64,000 nucleotides of DNA from an uncultured Pseudomonadota bacterium (GTDB lineage: Bacteria > Desulfobacterota > Binatia > Binatales > Binataceae). The position numbers were made by a program, and so were the translations under genes. Under the pieces are notes generated by a model. That model saw only the letters and a program-made list of their open reading frames with translations, was not told the DNA's origin and ran no database searches. Positions 10,963 to 19,686 of the stretch are shown in pieces (position 1 is the first letter of the stretch; each line of letters opens with the position of its first letter). The stretch is from contig CAWGQB010000027.1 of the NCBI GenBank assembly GCA_963824565.1, positions 92,548 to 156,547 of the forward strand, read 5' to 3'.

Positions 10963-11093
10963 CGGTGTCTGATCGAGCGAAGCATCGGTGTCTGATGGTC
11001 CGATACTTTGGTGTCCGATAGACCGCTAATCGATGTTTGATGGACCAAAGTTAGGTAGTCCGATGGACCGATATAGTGGGTGATGGACCGAAG
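10963..11093. repeat. six imperfect direct repeats (consensus about GGTGTCYGATGGACCG) at 20-23-bp spacing; iteron-like
   Basis: The GAT core starts at 10971, 10994, 11017, 11039, 11062 and 11082. The units are cGGTGTCTGATCGAGCG, cGGTGTCTGATGGTCCG, tGGTGTCCGATAGACCG, cGATGTTTGATGGACCA, gGTAGTCCGATGGACCG and GGGTGATGGACCG. They lie next to or overlapping the 3' end of the Rep fragment. Confidence 0.6.
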
Positions 11094-11341
11094 CTTTCCA
11101 CGAGCCTTTTCCGGTCCTTGGTGTAGAATAACACCTGGTCGGCCTCGGGCTGGTAGCGCAGCCTGTAATCCGGCAGCACGTCGCTTTCCACGATCATCTT
11201 GACCTTGCGGCGAAACTCCTTGAGGGAGGCCGTTGAGCCGCTTTTCTTGTGCAGCAGCTCCATGCTGATGGTCCATCCCTCCTGATTACCACAATGCTTC
11301 CGGTCAAGCTCATAAAGGCGCCGCTCCAACCCCCCGGTCAA
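11051..11341 (-). pseudogene. replication initiator protein A (RPA/RepA-type, plasmid/ICE-like), C-terminal fragment only
   Basis: LERRLYELDRKHCGNQEGWTISMELLHKKSGSTASLKEFRRKVKMIVESDVLPDYRL matches the conserved C-terminal block I recall for the RPA family (..RRLYEL.RKHCG....W.I.LE.LHKKSGS.S.L..FR......LPDY..). The N-terminal two-thirds is absent, because the neighbouring sequence is an ALDH fragment. Confidence 0.6.
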
Positions 11342-11344
11342 GGC

Positions 11345-12017
11345 GGAAGTAATCCCGATTCAGGGTGAGGAGTTCGCGCGCCATCGTGATCGCGCGGCTG
11401 ATGTCCCGCGCCCAGATTCCCGCCGCGAGTCCGTAAACGGTGCCATTGCCCTGCAGAAGGCGATAAAGCCGACGTGGATGAGGCTGTTAAAGCGGCGCGC
11501 AAAGCTTTTGAGGACAGCAAAGTGGCCCAAAATCAGCCCCCATCAGCGTGCGCGCTACCTTCTGGCCATTGCCGATCTAATTGAGAAGCATGCGGACGAG
11601 TTGGCGATTCTCGAAACACTCAACAACGGTATGGCGATCTCGACGGCCCGTGGTCTGCTTCCGAGCGCTATCGATACGTTTAGATATTATGCGGGATGGG
11701 CTACCAAGATCTGCGGTGAAACCAATCCCTCTGAGCCCTCCATGTTCAACTATACGCTATGCGAGCCGGTCGGAGTCTGCGGCCAGATCCTGGAACGGGC
11801 CAAGCATGATGCTGGCATGGAAAATCGCGCCGGCCCTGGGTTGCGGAAACGTATCGATTCTGAAGCCCGCGGAATAAACTCCACTTACCGCACTCAGAAT
11901 TGGCGAGCTGACATTGGAGGCGGGTATCCGGACGGCGTCGTTAACATTATCACCGGATACGGAGAAACCGCCGACGCGGCGATCGCCTCACATCCAGATA
12001 TCGACAAAGTAGCATTT
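11345..12017 (+). pseudogene. aldehyde dehydrogenase fragment, truncated at both ends with at least 2 frame breaks
   Basis: The pieces are ...DVDEAVKAARKAFEDSK, then [39 protein letters not shown]...EPVGVCGQI, then [28 protein letters not shown], then [47 protein letters not shown]. These are classic ALDH motifs. The catalytic Cys/Glu region is missing. Confidence 0.75.
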
Positions 12018-12039
12018 CCCCTTGTTTGCCTGATTTGTC

Positions 12040-12700
12040 TTAAAAATTGATTCCTGAAACAGATCTTAAGAAGCAAGGTCTGGAAATAATGGCGGGGCAA
12101 GGCTGTGCGATCCGCAGGACAATCTTGCCGCGAACGTGGCCGGTCTGGCTTAGCTCGTGCGCCCGCCGAGCCTCGGCCAAGGGGACAATCGTATTGACGA
12201 TGCTCCTCAGTTTTCCCGGAATCAACCAGTCGCGCCGTTTCAGATAGCTGTTGCGGGTTTGCCTGGACTCCGACGCGTACCGCGCGCACCCCATGCGCGG
12301 TGGCCTCCTGCGCCGATGGCACATTGACGATCGAGATCAGGATTCCGCCCTTCTTGAGGGTCCGCCACGAGCGCTTCTGAGTATCTTCGCCGATCGCGTC
12401 CAATACGACGTCGGCGTCCCTGATCACATCTTCGAAACGCGTCTTTTCATAGTCGATAGGGTCATCGATGCCCAGTTCGCGCAGAAAGCCTTGGTTACGG
12501 CCCGAGGCCGTGCCGATGATGTGAGCACCCTTCCATTTCGCGAATTGAATCGCGAAAGTTCCGACACCGCCCGCGGCGGCGTGGATCAACACTGTCTGAC
12601 CCGCGCTGAGACCGCCAGCGTCGAAAAGCGCTTGCCAAGCGGTCAAAGCGGCGAGCGGGATGCCGGCGGCATGAAGGTGGTCGATGGACCTGGGCTTGAG
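12040..12700 (-). pseudogene. zinc-type alcohol dehydrogenase / NADPH:quinone oxidoreductase, C-terminal half only, frame break near 12211-12214
   Basis: ...IPLAALTAWQALFDAGGLSAGQTVLIHAAAGGVGTFAIQFAKWKGAHIIGTAS... is a Rossmann AxxGxxG motif. The C-terminus LRSIVNTIVPLAEARRAHELSQTGHVRGKIVLRIA is in another frame (T-run). The N-terminal catalytic domain is replaced by IS sequence. Confidence 0.7.
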
Positions 12701-13150
12701 CTGAGTCTGATCGCCTATAACCTCGGGAACCTGTGGCGGCGGCTGGCGCTGCCCGCGCCGATCGGGAAGTGGTCGCTAACCAGCTTGCAGCAGCGGCTGG
12801 TGAAACCGGCGGGCGCCTTAATAAAGCATGCACGTTACTACTGGCTGTTGCTGGCGGAGAGCCATCTGACGCGGCGGCTTTTCGGGAGCATGCTGCGGAG
12901 AATTGCGATGCTGCCGTCGCCAGCAGGATAGGCGGTTTGCAGAGCACAGCAAAATTTCGGTGACGGATAGGGAGCAAAGGGATAAGTATCTGATAACTCG
13001 GTCGGAAAAACGCCGGTTCAGGTGCTTTAGGCCAATGCGAGGCAGAGCTGCTCCGTTGAGGCGTAATGGAAGGGACCTTCGGGCACAAACTCGGGCTCGA
13101 ACTTCGCGTTTGCAAACCACTGGTGTCGGTGCGATGGTGAATCAGAATCG
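12700..13150 (+). mobile_element. IS1380-family remnant 1 (last ~75 codons of the transposase plus about 200 bp of the 3' end); right boundary approximate
   Basis: LSLIAYNLGNLWRRLALPAPIGKWSLTSLQQRLVKPAGALIKHARYYWLLLAESHLTRRLFGSMLRRIAMLPSPAG* is a paralog of the C-terminus at 25703..25930 (about 80% nt identity by eye). Post-stop DNA is also alignable between the two copies. Confidence 0.6.
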
Positions 13151-13286
13151 AAATTGGAAATACCTGTTTACTATTATACAATGGGCCCGAAAATCGAGGG
13201 GAGGGCGGCGCCAAAGTCTGCGTCGAGCCCAACGGCCAACACCCTCATAGCCCAAACCTTGCGGGATAACTGATTTCGTCCTAAGG

Positions 13287-14129
13287 GTGAGCTCGTCCAA
13301 ACGCGTTATGGAAAGCCCGGATAAAGTCATGCCTAACGAATCTGTGACGGCAACCGCCGCCGACCGCGCATGGCACAAGCTCCTGGTTGAAGGGCACAAG
13401 CCGATCCTCCTCGCGCATCGGTTCTTCCGCTATATGCCTGGTCCGCCGCGCTGCAAGCTTTGTCATAACCCCTTTGGAGGAATTGGGGGGAAGCTCGTGG
13501 GATTGTTCGGTTTCAGCCCGTCGCGCAAGAATCCCAATCTTTGCGCCCGCTGTTGTGACGCCCTTCCCCCAGGTGGCGCGGAGGTCGATATCGCTGTGCT
13601 TTTCGCGGACATACGGGGTTCGACGGAGTTGGGCGAGAGGCTGGGGCCTCGGGCGTTTGCCGCGACGCTCAACCGGTTCTACCACGCGGCGACCGAAACG
13701 CTCATCCAGCATGACGCAATCGTGGACAAGCTGATCGGCGATGAGGTGATGGCACTCTTTATTCCGGGAATCTGCGGCCCCGAATATTACCGCCATGCCG
13801 CCGAGGCCGCCGTCGCGCTTCTGCGAGCGGTAGGATATGAAGATCCAGAGGGGCCTTGGATCCCCATTGGGGCGGCGGTGAATTCTGGCCGCACTTACGT
13901 CGGCAATGTAGGCGGTCATGGAGTAGTCGACTTCACTGCGCTAGGCGACACGGTCAACACGGCTGCGCGCCTCGCCTCGAGCGCAGGAGCTGGCGAGGCT
14001 TTGCTCAGTGAATCGGTTTACGGCGCCGTGGCCGTGCGATTTCCCAACCTGAAGCAACGCACCCTTGCATTGCGCGGCAAGGAGGCGCCATTCACCGTGC
14101 GCGTATGTCTCCCCACGCGCCGCGGCTAA
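13287..14129 (+). CDS. class III adenylate/guanylate cyclase with N-terminal Cys4 zinc-ribbon
   Basis: CKLC...CARCC, then VLFADIRGSTELGE (metal Asp), VDKLIGDEVMALF (Lys + metal Asp) and ALGDTVNTAARLAS (Asn/Arg). The catalytic set is canonical. GTG at 13287 or ATG at 13308. Confidence 0.85.
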   Translation: MSSSKRVMESPDKVMPNESVTATAADRAWHKLLVEGHKPILLAHRFFRYMPGPPRCKLCHNPFGGIGGKLVGLFGFSPSRKNPNLCARCCDALPPGGAEVDIAVLFADIRGSTELGERLGPRAFAATLNRFYHAATETLIQHDAIVDKLIGDEVMALFIPGICGPEYYRHAAEAAVALLRAVGYEDPEGPWIPIGAAVNSGRTYVGNVGGHGVVDFTALGDTVNTAARLASSAGAGEALLSESVYGAVAVRFPNLKQRTLALRGKEAPFTVRVCLPTRRG

Positions 14130-14216
14130 TTTTCCGAGGTGCTTGCGTACGAGTCATCTCCCTGACAGTTATTCGACGCCATAGTACGCCTCGTACCCTC
14201 CTCTTTCGTGCTTTAT

Positions 14217-14231
14217 AGCACATAATGTGCT
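14217..14231. promoter_or_regulatory. 15-bp perfect palindrome AGCACAT-A-ATGTGCT (candidate operator) in the cyclase/methyltransferase intergenic region
   Basis: Read directly from the sequence. Function unknown. Confidence 0.25.
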
Positions 14232-14357
14232 TTACCTGCGGAGGTGGTCGAGAGGTGGAGGAGGGCAGGGAGCACGCAGAAAGTTCTAGACACCCTCCTT
14301 GTTGACGAGCTCTACGACAATTCGCGGTTTTTCGGGTTTAAACGGTCGCGCGATCGA

Positions 14358-14414
14358 CGCCGCAGATTTCAGGGGCGATAGAAGAGCCCGTCGCCAGCTA
14401 TCGTGACGCGATGA
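14358..14414. repeat. 57-bp relic of a TauD-type gene 3' end; direct repeat of 17499..17555
   Basis: cgccgcagatttcaggggcgatagaagagcccgtcgccagctatcgtgacgcgatga aligns with 17499-17555 at about 50/57 identity. On the minus strand it encodes HRVTIAGDGLFYRP*, compared with HRVTIAGDRPFYRP* in the intact TauD. Confidence 0.75.
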
Positions 14415-14466
14415 TGTCAACCTGGAAGCAGAAACCCCCGTCTTTATAGTCGAGAGGAGTGATTTG

Positions 14467-15273
14467 GTGGCGAACGTAAGTTTGGCTTTAGATACCCCAG
14501 CTCTTGCTGAAACCTATGAGCGCGTGAGCGCCGAGCGCCAGTTCAGGGCCGGGTAGCGATTGATTGAAGAACTCAATGTTACCTCCGGGGAAGCGGTCCT
14601 GGATATCGGCAGCGGAACCGGCCTGGTGGCGGAATATGTGGCCGATCTCGTGGGGCCGAACGGTTCCGTAGTCGGAATCGATCCCCTGCCTTTGAGAATC
14701 GCACTCGCGGAGCGCAAATCCCGGCCTAACCTTAGATTTAAGCTTGGCAACGCATATGACTTGAGCGGATTCTCCGCGGAGAGTTTTGACGTTGTATATC
14801 TGAACGCGGTGTTCCATTGGCTGCCTGAGAAGCTCGAACCTCTGCGCCAGATTCGCCGCGTGCTCAAAAGCGGAGGCCGGCTTGGAATCTCCACCGGGTC
14901 CAAGAATCATCCACATCAGCTTCAGGCGATTAAGCAGAAGATTCTCGCGCGCGAACTGTATCGCCGCTACCGTGAGGATTCAGTCGAGGTGGCGCGGCGG
15001 GTCAGCGTCGATGAACTCGAGCATCTATTCAGCCAAACCGGTTTCGGGGTAAAGAAAATCGAGTTGCGGCCGTTTGTGCGCACCGATCAAACGCCGGATG
15101 CCGCAATCATGTTCTCCGAGGCAAGTTCGTTCGGTAATTTCCTGGGCCATCTACCCCACGATTTGCGGATGGCCGCGCGTGAAGAGATCAGGCGTGAGCT
15201 CGAATGTCGCCTGACTCCGGAAGGCATAATCCGCACTGGGGCTCGCATCATCGCAGTCGCCGTCCGGCTCTGA
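14467..15273 (+). pseudogene. class I SAM-dependent methyltransferase with an in-frame TAG at 14554..14556 (or a shortened protein from TTG 14560)
   Basis: GTG at 14467 preceded by SD AGAGGAG. The translation VANVSLALDTPALAETYERVSAERQFRAG*RLIEELNVTSGEAVLDIGSGTG... shows homology running through the TAG. Motif I is VLDIGSGTG. Confidence 0.7.
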
Positions 15274-15414
15274 CTTGGGCGGGGATTTGCTTGAAGCCAG
15301 GGGATTTGCTTGAAACCAAAAGATCCCCCAGCCGAGCTTTGTTTTGAGGCCGACACCCCAACGAGGGCTTCCTTGCCTGAAGTGTATGGCGGTTGCGCGT
15401 GAGGCCGCGTGCGG

Positions 15415-16644
15415 TCAATCCAGCCGCAACGGCAGCTCGGCCAAGCCCCTACCGAAAGCTCCGCCCGAGTAGCGCGGCATCCAACCATCAAGCAAACGCA
15501 GGTGGGGAAACCGTTCGAGCAGCGTTTGGACTGCGACCTTGGCCTGGACGCGCGCCGGCGCGGCACCAACGCAAAAGTGAATACCTTCTCCCAGACCCAG
15601 GTGTTCGTTTAACTCGCGCATGATATCGAAGCGATCCGGATCCTTGAATGCAGCCGGATCGCGATTGGCCGCGCCCAGCACCACGTGAACCGGGGTACGC
15701 GCCTTGATCAGGGTGCCAGCCACATCAACATCCTCGGTCGTGACGCGAAGGACACAGTGAACTGGCCCATCGTAGCGCAGCGTTTCCTCAAGGGCCGCGG
15801 GAACCAGCGCCGGAGCCTGACGCACGCGGCCGAGCAATTCCGGCCGGCTGATCAATTGATAGACGCAGCCGCTGATCAAATCCGCAGTGGTGCCGATTCC
15901 GGCTACCACCAGCATCGACACCGTGCCGAATAATTCGAGCGCGTCGATTTTATCGCCGGCTTCATGGGCCGCGAGTGCCATGCTGATCAGATCCTCACCT
16001 CCGCTCTGGCGCCGGCGGCGCTCGATAAGTTCGCGGATGTACGCGTCGCGCGACCCGGCAAACCGTTCGGAGACAAAATCACCGGTTTCCGTGCCCGCGG
16101 CCAGGCTGCGAATCACGCCGTAGTCGGATTGCGGAATGTCGAGCAAATATCCGAGGACTCGGACCGGAAACTCGGTGGCCAAATGCAGCTTGACATCCAC
16201 CTCGCGCGATTCCTCCCATGTGCGCAAGATCGTGTCGCAGATCTTTCTGAATTGTGGTTCCAGCTCATTCATGCGGCGGACGGCGAGGGTGGGAGCAACG
16301 ACCCGGCGCAGGCGCGAGTGCAAGGGCGGATCGGAAAACGCCATCGCCGGGATTCCGTTGAACACATCGAAATCTTCGGTGCCGGGAAGCTGCGGATTCA
16401 TACTGGAAAAACGCCGGTGATCGCGCAACACTTCGACCGCGTCGCGATAGCGGGAGATCACCGCCCATGGGACACCACGCCGCTCGACTATCAGGGGTGG
16501 CGCTGCCAGTAATGCCCTGTAGTAGGGAAAAGGATCATCGCGCATCGCCGGATCAGAGGGGTCGTACTTAAGGCGCAGATCGGAGTTGAAATCGGCTGCT
16601 GAGGTGGAATTGGTTTGAGGCGCACGAGAGCTATCCGGCTCCAT
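15415..16644 (-). CDS. cytochrome P450
   Basis: 409 aa. Heme-binding loop HLGLGEGIHFCVGAAPAR (FxxGxHxCxG), an EETLR (ExxR) K-helix motif and the I-helix AGIGTT. Confidence 0.9.
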   Translation of the reverse strand: MEPDSSRAPQTNSTSAADFNSDLRLKYDPSDPAMRDDPFPYYRALLAAPPLIVERRGVPWAVISRYRDAVEVLRDHRRFSSMNPQLPGTEDFDVFNGIPAMAFSDPPLHSRLRRVVAPTLAVRRMNELEPQFRKICDTILRTWEESREVDVKLHLATEFPVRVLGYLLDIPQSDYGVIRSLAAGTETGDFVSERFAGSRDAYIRELIERRRRQSGGEDLISMALAAHEAGDKIDALELFGTVSMLVVAGIGTTADLISGCVYQLISRPELLGRVRQAPALVPAALEETLRYDGPVHCVLRVTTEDVDVAGTLIKARTPVHVVLGAANRDPAAFKDPDRFDIMRELNEHLGLGEGIHFCVGAAPARVQAKVAVQTLLERFPHLRLLDGWMPRYSGGAFGRGLAELPLRLD

Positions 16645-16808
16645 CGTTGTACCCTTTACTTGCAGTTTGGCGTTACTTATACGACAAGGGCGTAGAGGTC
16701 AGCCAGCGATTGCGCCTGGAGGAAGCATGGATCTCGCGGCCTCCGCCCGAGTCGCGGCGATCATATTTCCGGCAAGGCTTGGATGAACGGTCTCAAGGGA
16801 GGTCAGGG

Positions 16809-17450
16809 ATGCTTCGCTGTCATTATTTTCTTGGCCGCAAACGGTCACTCTCGCTCGACGAATTCTTCCGCTACTGGCGCGAGCGCCACGCGTATGCCGG
16901 CGAACGGAACCCGTTGACCAGGCGCTACGTTCAAAGCCATCGAATATCGGAAGTCCAGGGCGACGATTTTTTTGACGGTGTCGCCGAAGTCTGGTGGGAG
17001 AACGAGGCGGCGGCCCAGGACAGCTTGCGTATGAGCGGAAATAAGTTCATCGCCGATGAAGCCAATTTCGTCGATCCTGGCCGGCGTGAGTTTCTGGCCA
17101 CCGCCGAACACGAGATCCTCAAGCCCCAGGGGAAAGATCTGATCAAGGGCGTGTTCCTGATTCGGCGCCATCCGGGCCTGACCATTGCCGAATTTCACAA
17201 ATATTGGTTCGAGGTCCACTCGCCGCAGGTGTTGAAGGTCCCCGGCATGCGCGGTTATGTCGTGTGTCCCACGGTTGACTCGGCTTACACCTGGGCCGAA
17301 CCGCGATGGGATGGTGTATCGCACGTATACTGGGACAACCTGGAATCCATGGCCAAGGCCTTTGCTTCGCCGGAGGCGAAACCGGTGGGCGAAAAGGCCA
17401 TCTCGGCGGGCAGCAAATTTTTCTTCACTCGCGAGCATTTGATCTATTAG
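16809..17450 (+). CDS. tandem EthD-domain protein
   Basis: ORF track 16647..17450, trimmed to ATG 16809 (SD AAGGGAGG). It has two ~100-aa repeats of the EthD type (...LSLDEFFRYWRERHA... and ...LTIAEFHKYWFEVHS...). The gene ends in TAG. Confidence 0.65.
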   Translation: MLRCHYFLGRKRSLSLDEFFRYWRERHAYAGERNPLTRRYVQSHRISEVQGDDFFDGVAEVWWENEAAAQDSLRMSGNKFIADEANFVDPGRREFLATAEHEILKPQGKDLIKGVFLIRRHPGLTIAEFHKYWFEVHSPQVLKVPGMRGYVVCPTVDSAYTWAEPRWDGVSHVYWDNLESMAKAFASPEAKPVGEKAISAGSKFFFTREHLIY

Positions 17451-17509
17451 CCCAAGCAGACAGATCGCGCGGTTGGCGATTTCCCAAGCGGCTCGCACCG
17501 CCGCAGATT

Positions 17510-18340
17510 TCAGGGGCGATAGAAAGGCCTGTCACCAGCTATCGTAACGCGATGACCATAACGCCGATGAGGGTGGTAGTCCCACAACGCGAGGTGCTGA
17601 GTGCAGCGGTTGTCCCAGAAGGCCACCGAGTTCGGCTGCCAACGGAATCGACATTGAAATTCGGGACGCTCAATGTGGCCGAAGAGCATTTGAAGCATGG
17701 CATCGCTCTCGCCCTCGTTGAACTGGACAATTCGCGTCGTGAACATACGATTGACGAACAAGGTTCTGCGCCCAGTCTCCGGATGGGTTCGCACCACCGG
17801 ATGCTCCGCCCGGGGAAATACGTCGGCGCGCTCTTTGGCTGCGGTTCGTCCGGAGTAATTGCGTGTGCCGTCATGTATCGCGCTTAACGTACATAGAAAA
17901 TGCCGCATCCGCTCCGAAAGCGCATCGTATGCTGCGTACATGTTGGCGAAGAGCGTATCGCCTCCCAGCGGCGGCACTTCGCTTAGATGGAGCACTGAAC
18001 CCATCGGCGTCTGCTCATCGCACGACACATCGGAGTGCCATTGTTCACCGGCAATACGAGTGGAGTCGCGGTCCGTCTTGACGATGATGATCTCAGGGTC
18101 GCCGTCGAGAATACCCAGTGGTGCGGGATGAATGTGGAGCTCGCCGAAGCGAAGGCCGAAGGCCTTGTGCTGAGCCGGAGTCAGATGCTGATCCCGGAAG
18201 AAGATTACGAGATTTTCCAACAGCGCGTCGTGGATGTAGCGAAGCTGATCATCATCCAAGGGACGCGAAAGATCAAAGCCGTCGAGTTCGGCTCCGATCA
18301 ACGGCGTCAATTTACGCACCGAGAAGGTCTTTTCTTTCAT
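17510..18340 (-). CDS. TauD/TfdA-family Fe(II)/2-oxoglutarate dioxygenase
   Basis: WHSDVS (HxD iron ligands), GGDTLFANMYAAYDALS and the distal His region RVTIAGDRP. The 276-aa length is typical. Confidence 0.9.
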   Translation of the reverse strand: MKEKTFSVRKLTPLIGAELDGFDLSRPLDDDQLRYIHDALLENLVIFFRDQHLTPAQHKAFGLRFGELHIHPAPLGILDGDPEIIIVKTDRDSTRIAGEQWHSDVSCDEQTPMGSVLHLSEVPPLGGDTLFANMYAAYDALSERMRHFLCTLSAIHDGTRNYSGRTAAKERADVFPRAEHPVVRTHPETGRRTLFVNRMFTTRIVQFNEGESDAMLQMLFGHIERPEFQCRFRWQPNSVAFWDNRCTQHLALWDYHPHRRYGHRVTIAGDRPFYRP

Positions 18341-18357
18341 TGCCTACCGTGTGCGAC

Positions 18358-19248
18358 TTAGCGGACACCATCCGGCTCAGCCGCGTTGGCGCGACCGGCG
18401 CTTGGCCGCGGTCCGAAGAACACTAGCGCTCGGAGTTCGATGCTTTCACGCGGCGGCGCGCTCGGCGGACTGGTTGGATCGTCGAATGCCGTATGAGCGG
18501 TAAAGCGCGCCCGTCCGTCTTTTTCCGAATCGAAGCACTTGATCAACAACGCCTCCTCGCTCTGCATCTGCGGGAAGTAGTACCAACGGTGTCCAGGAGC
18601 ATAGGTAAGGGCGTAGGTCTCGCCGATTCTGTGAACGTATCTTAGTTCCGATACGACGAGGTCCGATTCAGCAATGCTGCCCGCGTCGCAGACCGAAAGC
18701 GGCGCCTCCCGGACTGGACCACTAATCGGCTTCCACAAGTTGATAATGGCAACGCGGTTCTTGAGCAACTCATCGGCTTCTTCAGGAAAGAGATCGCGCA
18801 CACGCTTGAAGCCGGAGTATTCCGTGTAGTCGTTGTGCACGCTTTTCGCGGGTTGCTTTGCACCGTCCTCGTTTCGATGTGCCTTCGGGGCGTATCTCAC
18901 AATGTGATCAAAGACAAACACGCGCGGCGCGCCGGTGACTTTACGCAGGAGCCGCTCGACCTCGGGATAAACAATCGTCTGAACTTCTTTCTCATCGTAG
19001 AAATTGGCTGGTTGAGATGTGAAACGGATAAGTTTGAATCCCTCTTTGTCCAGCGACAATCGATCCGCAATCGGGCGAGCGCTACGGATTGCCACAGTAT
19101 GCGACGAGTAGGTGCCGGTCCGCCATGGAACTCCCGGCGGAGGTTCATACCGATAGGACACCGGTTTCTCCGAGTTCCCGGACAGATAATTGAGTTTGGC
19201 TTCTACAAAATCAACTGCCGCTGATGGGTTTGATTCGGTGGTGCTCAT
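18358..19248 (-). CDS. CmcJ/NvfI-like (AsaB-type) hydroxylase family protein
   Basis: ORF track 18358..19344, trimmed to ATG 19248 (SD GAGGAG). Blocks such as FVFDHIVR, SVHNDYT, INLWKPI and FPQMQSEEALLIKCFDS resemble the 7-alpha-cephem methoxylase CmcJ-related family as I recall it. Confidence 0.55.
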   Translation of the reverse strand: MSTTESNPSAAVDFVEAKLNYLSGNSEKPVSYRYEPPPGVPWRTGTYSSHTVAIRSARPIADRLSLDKEGFKLIRFTSQPANFYDEKEVQTIVYPEVERLLRKVTGAPRVFVFDHIVRYAPKAHRNEDGAKQPAKSVHNDYTEYSGFKRVRDLFPEEADELLKNRVAIINLWKPISGPVREAPLSVCDAGSIAESDLVVSELRYVHRIGETYALTYAPGHRWYYFPQMQSEEALLIKCFDSEKDGRARFTAHTAFDDPTSPPSAPPRESIELRALVFFGPRPSAGRANAAEPDGVR

Positions 19249-19686
19249 CGTGGTGAATCTCCTCTGGTTAGCCATAGTGGCTAGGGTCGCAAGCTCAAAA
19301 GCGTCCGGGCAATCGCTTGTGCGCCATTTTGCCAAGTAAATCAATCATTTAAATAGACTATTTTCATCAACCAGTGGAGGCAACGATAATGTACGAAAGA
19401 CCAACTTCACTGCGAGCTTGCTTGAGGCGGTTGAAGACTGCAAGGCCCAACGCGAAGTGCTCGAGCGCGGCGATGGAATTGGTCGCGTTGGAGCGATTGA
19501 TGGCCAATTTGTGCCGTTTGTGGTAACCAAACCCGCGCACGACATGATTGAGTTATCGTCGGCAGGTCTTTAACCGGAAATGACCGATTGATGAACGCGA
19601 TCCCGTCCTTGGCGTGCGAGGGGTGGGACCGGAAATAACCACCGGATCGGCTTCGACCTGAACCGGGAAAGATACGGAGGCTCACG

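Noticed and set aside
10963-11093. Phased short repeats, considered as a possible mini-CRISPR array.
   Set aside because: The units are only ~16 bp with a ~6-7-bp variable gap, so there are no spacers of CRISPR size. There are no cas genes. The context next to a Rep fragment fits iterons better.
19389-19526. 45-aa ORF (MYERPTSLRACLRRLKTARPNAKCSS...) with a good GGAGG SD in the CmcJ/secreted-protein intergenic region. An alternative frame here reads more protein-like (..NFTASLLEAVEDCKAQREVLERGDGIGRVGAIDGQFVPFVVTKPAHDMIELSSAGL*).
   Set aside because: The SD-linked frame is Arg-rich with no recognisable fold. The protein-like frame lacks a plausible start codon before residue ~20. I cannot decide between a tiny gene and a gene relic, so I do not report it as a feature.
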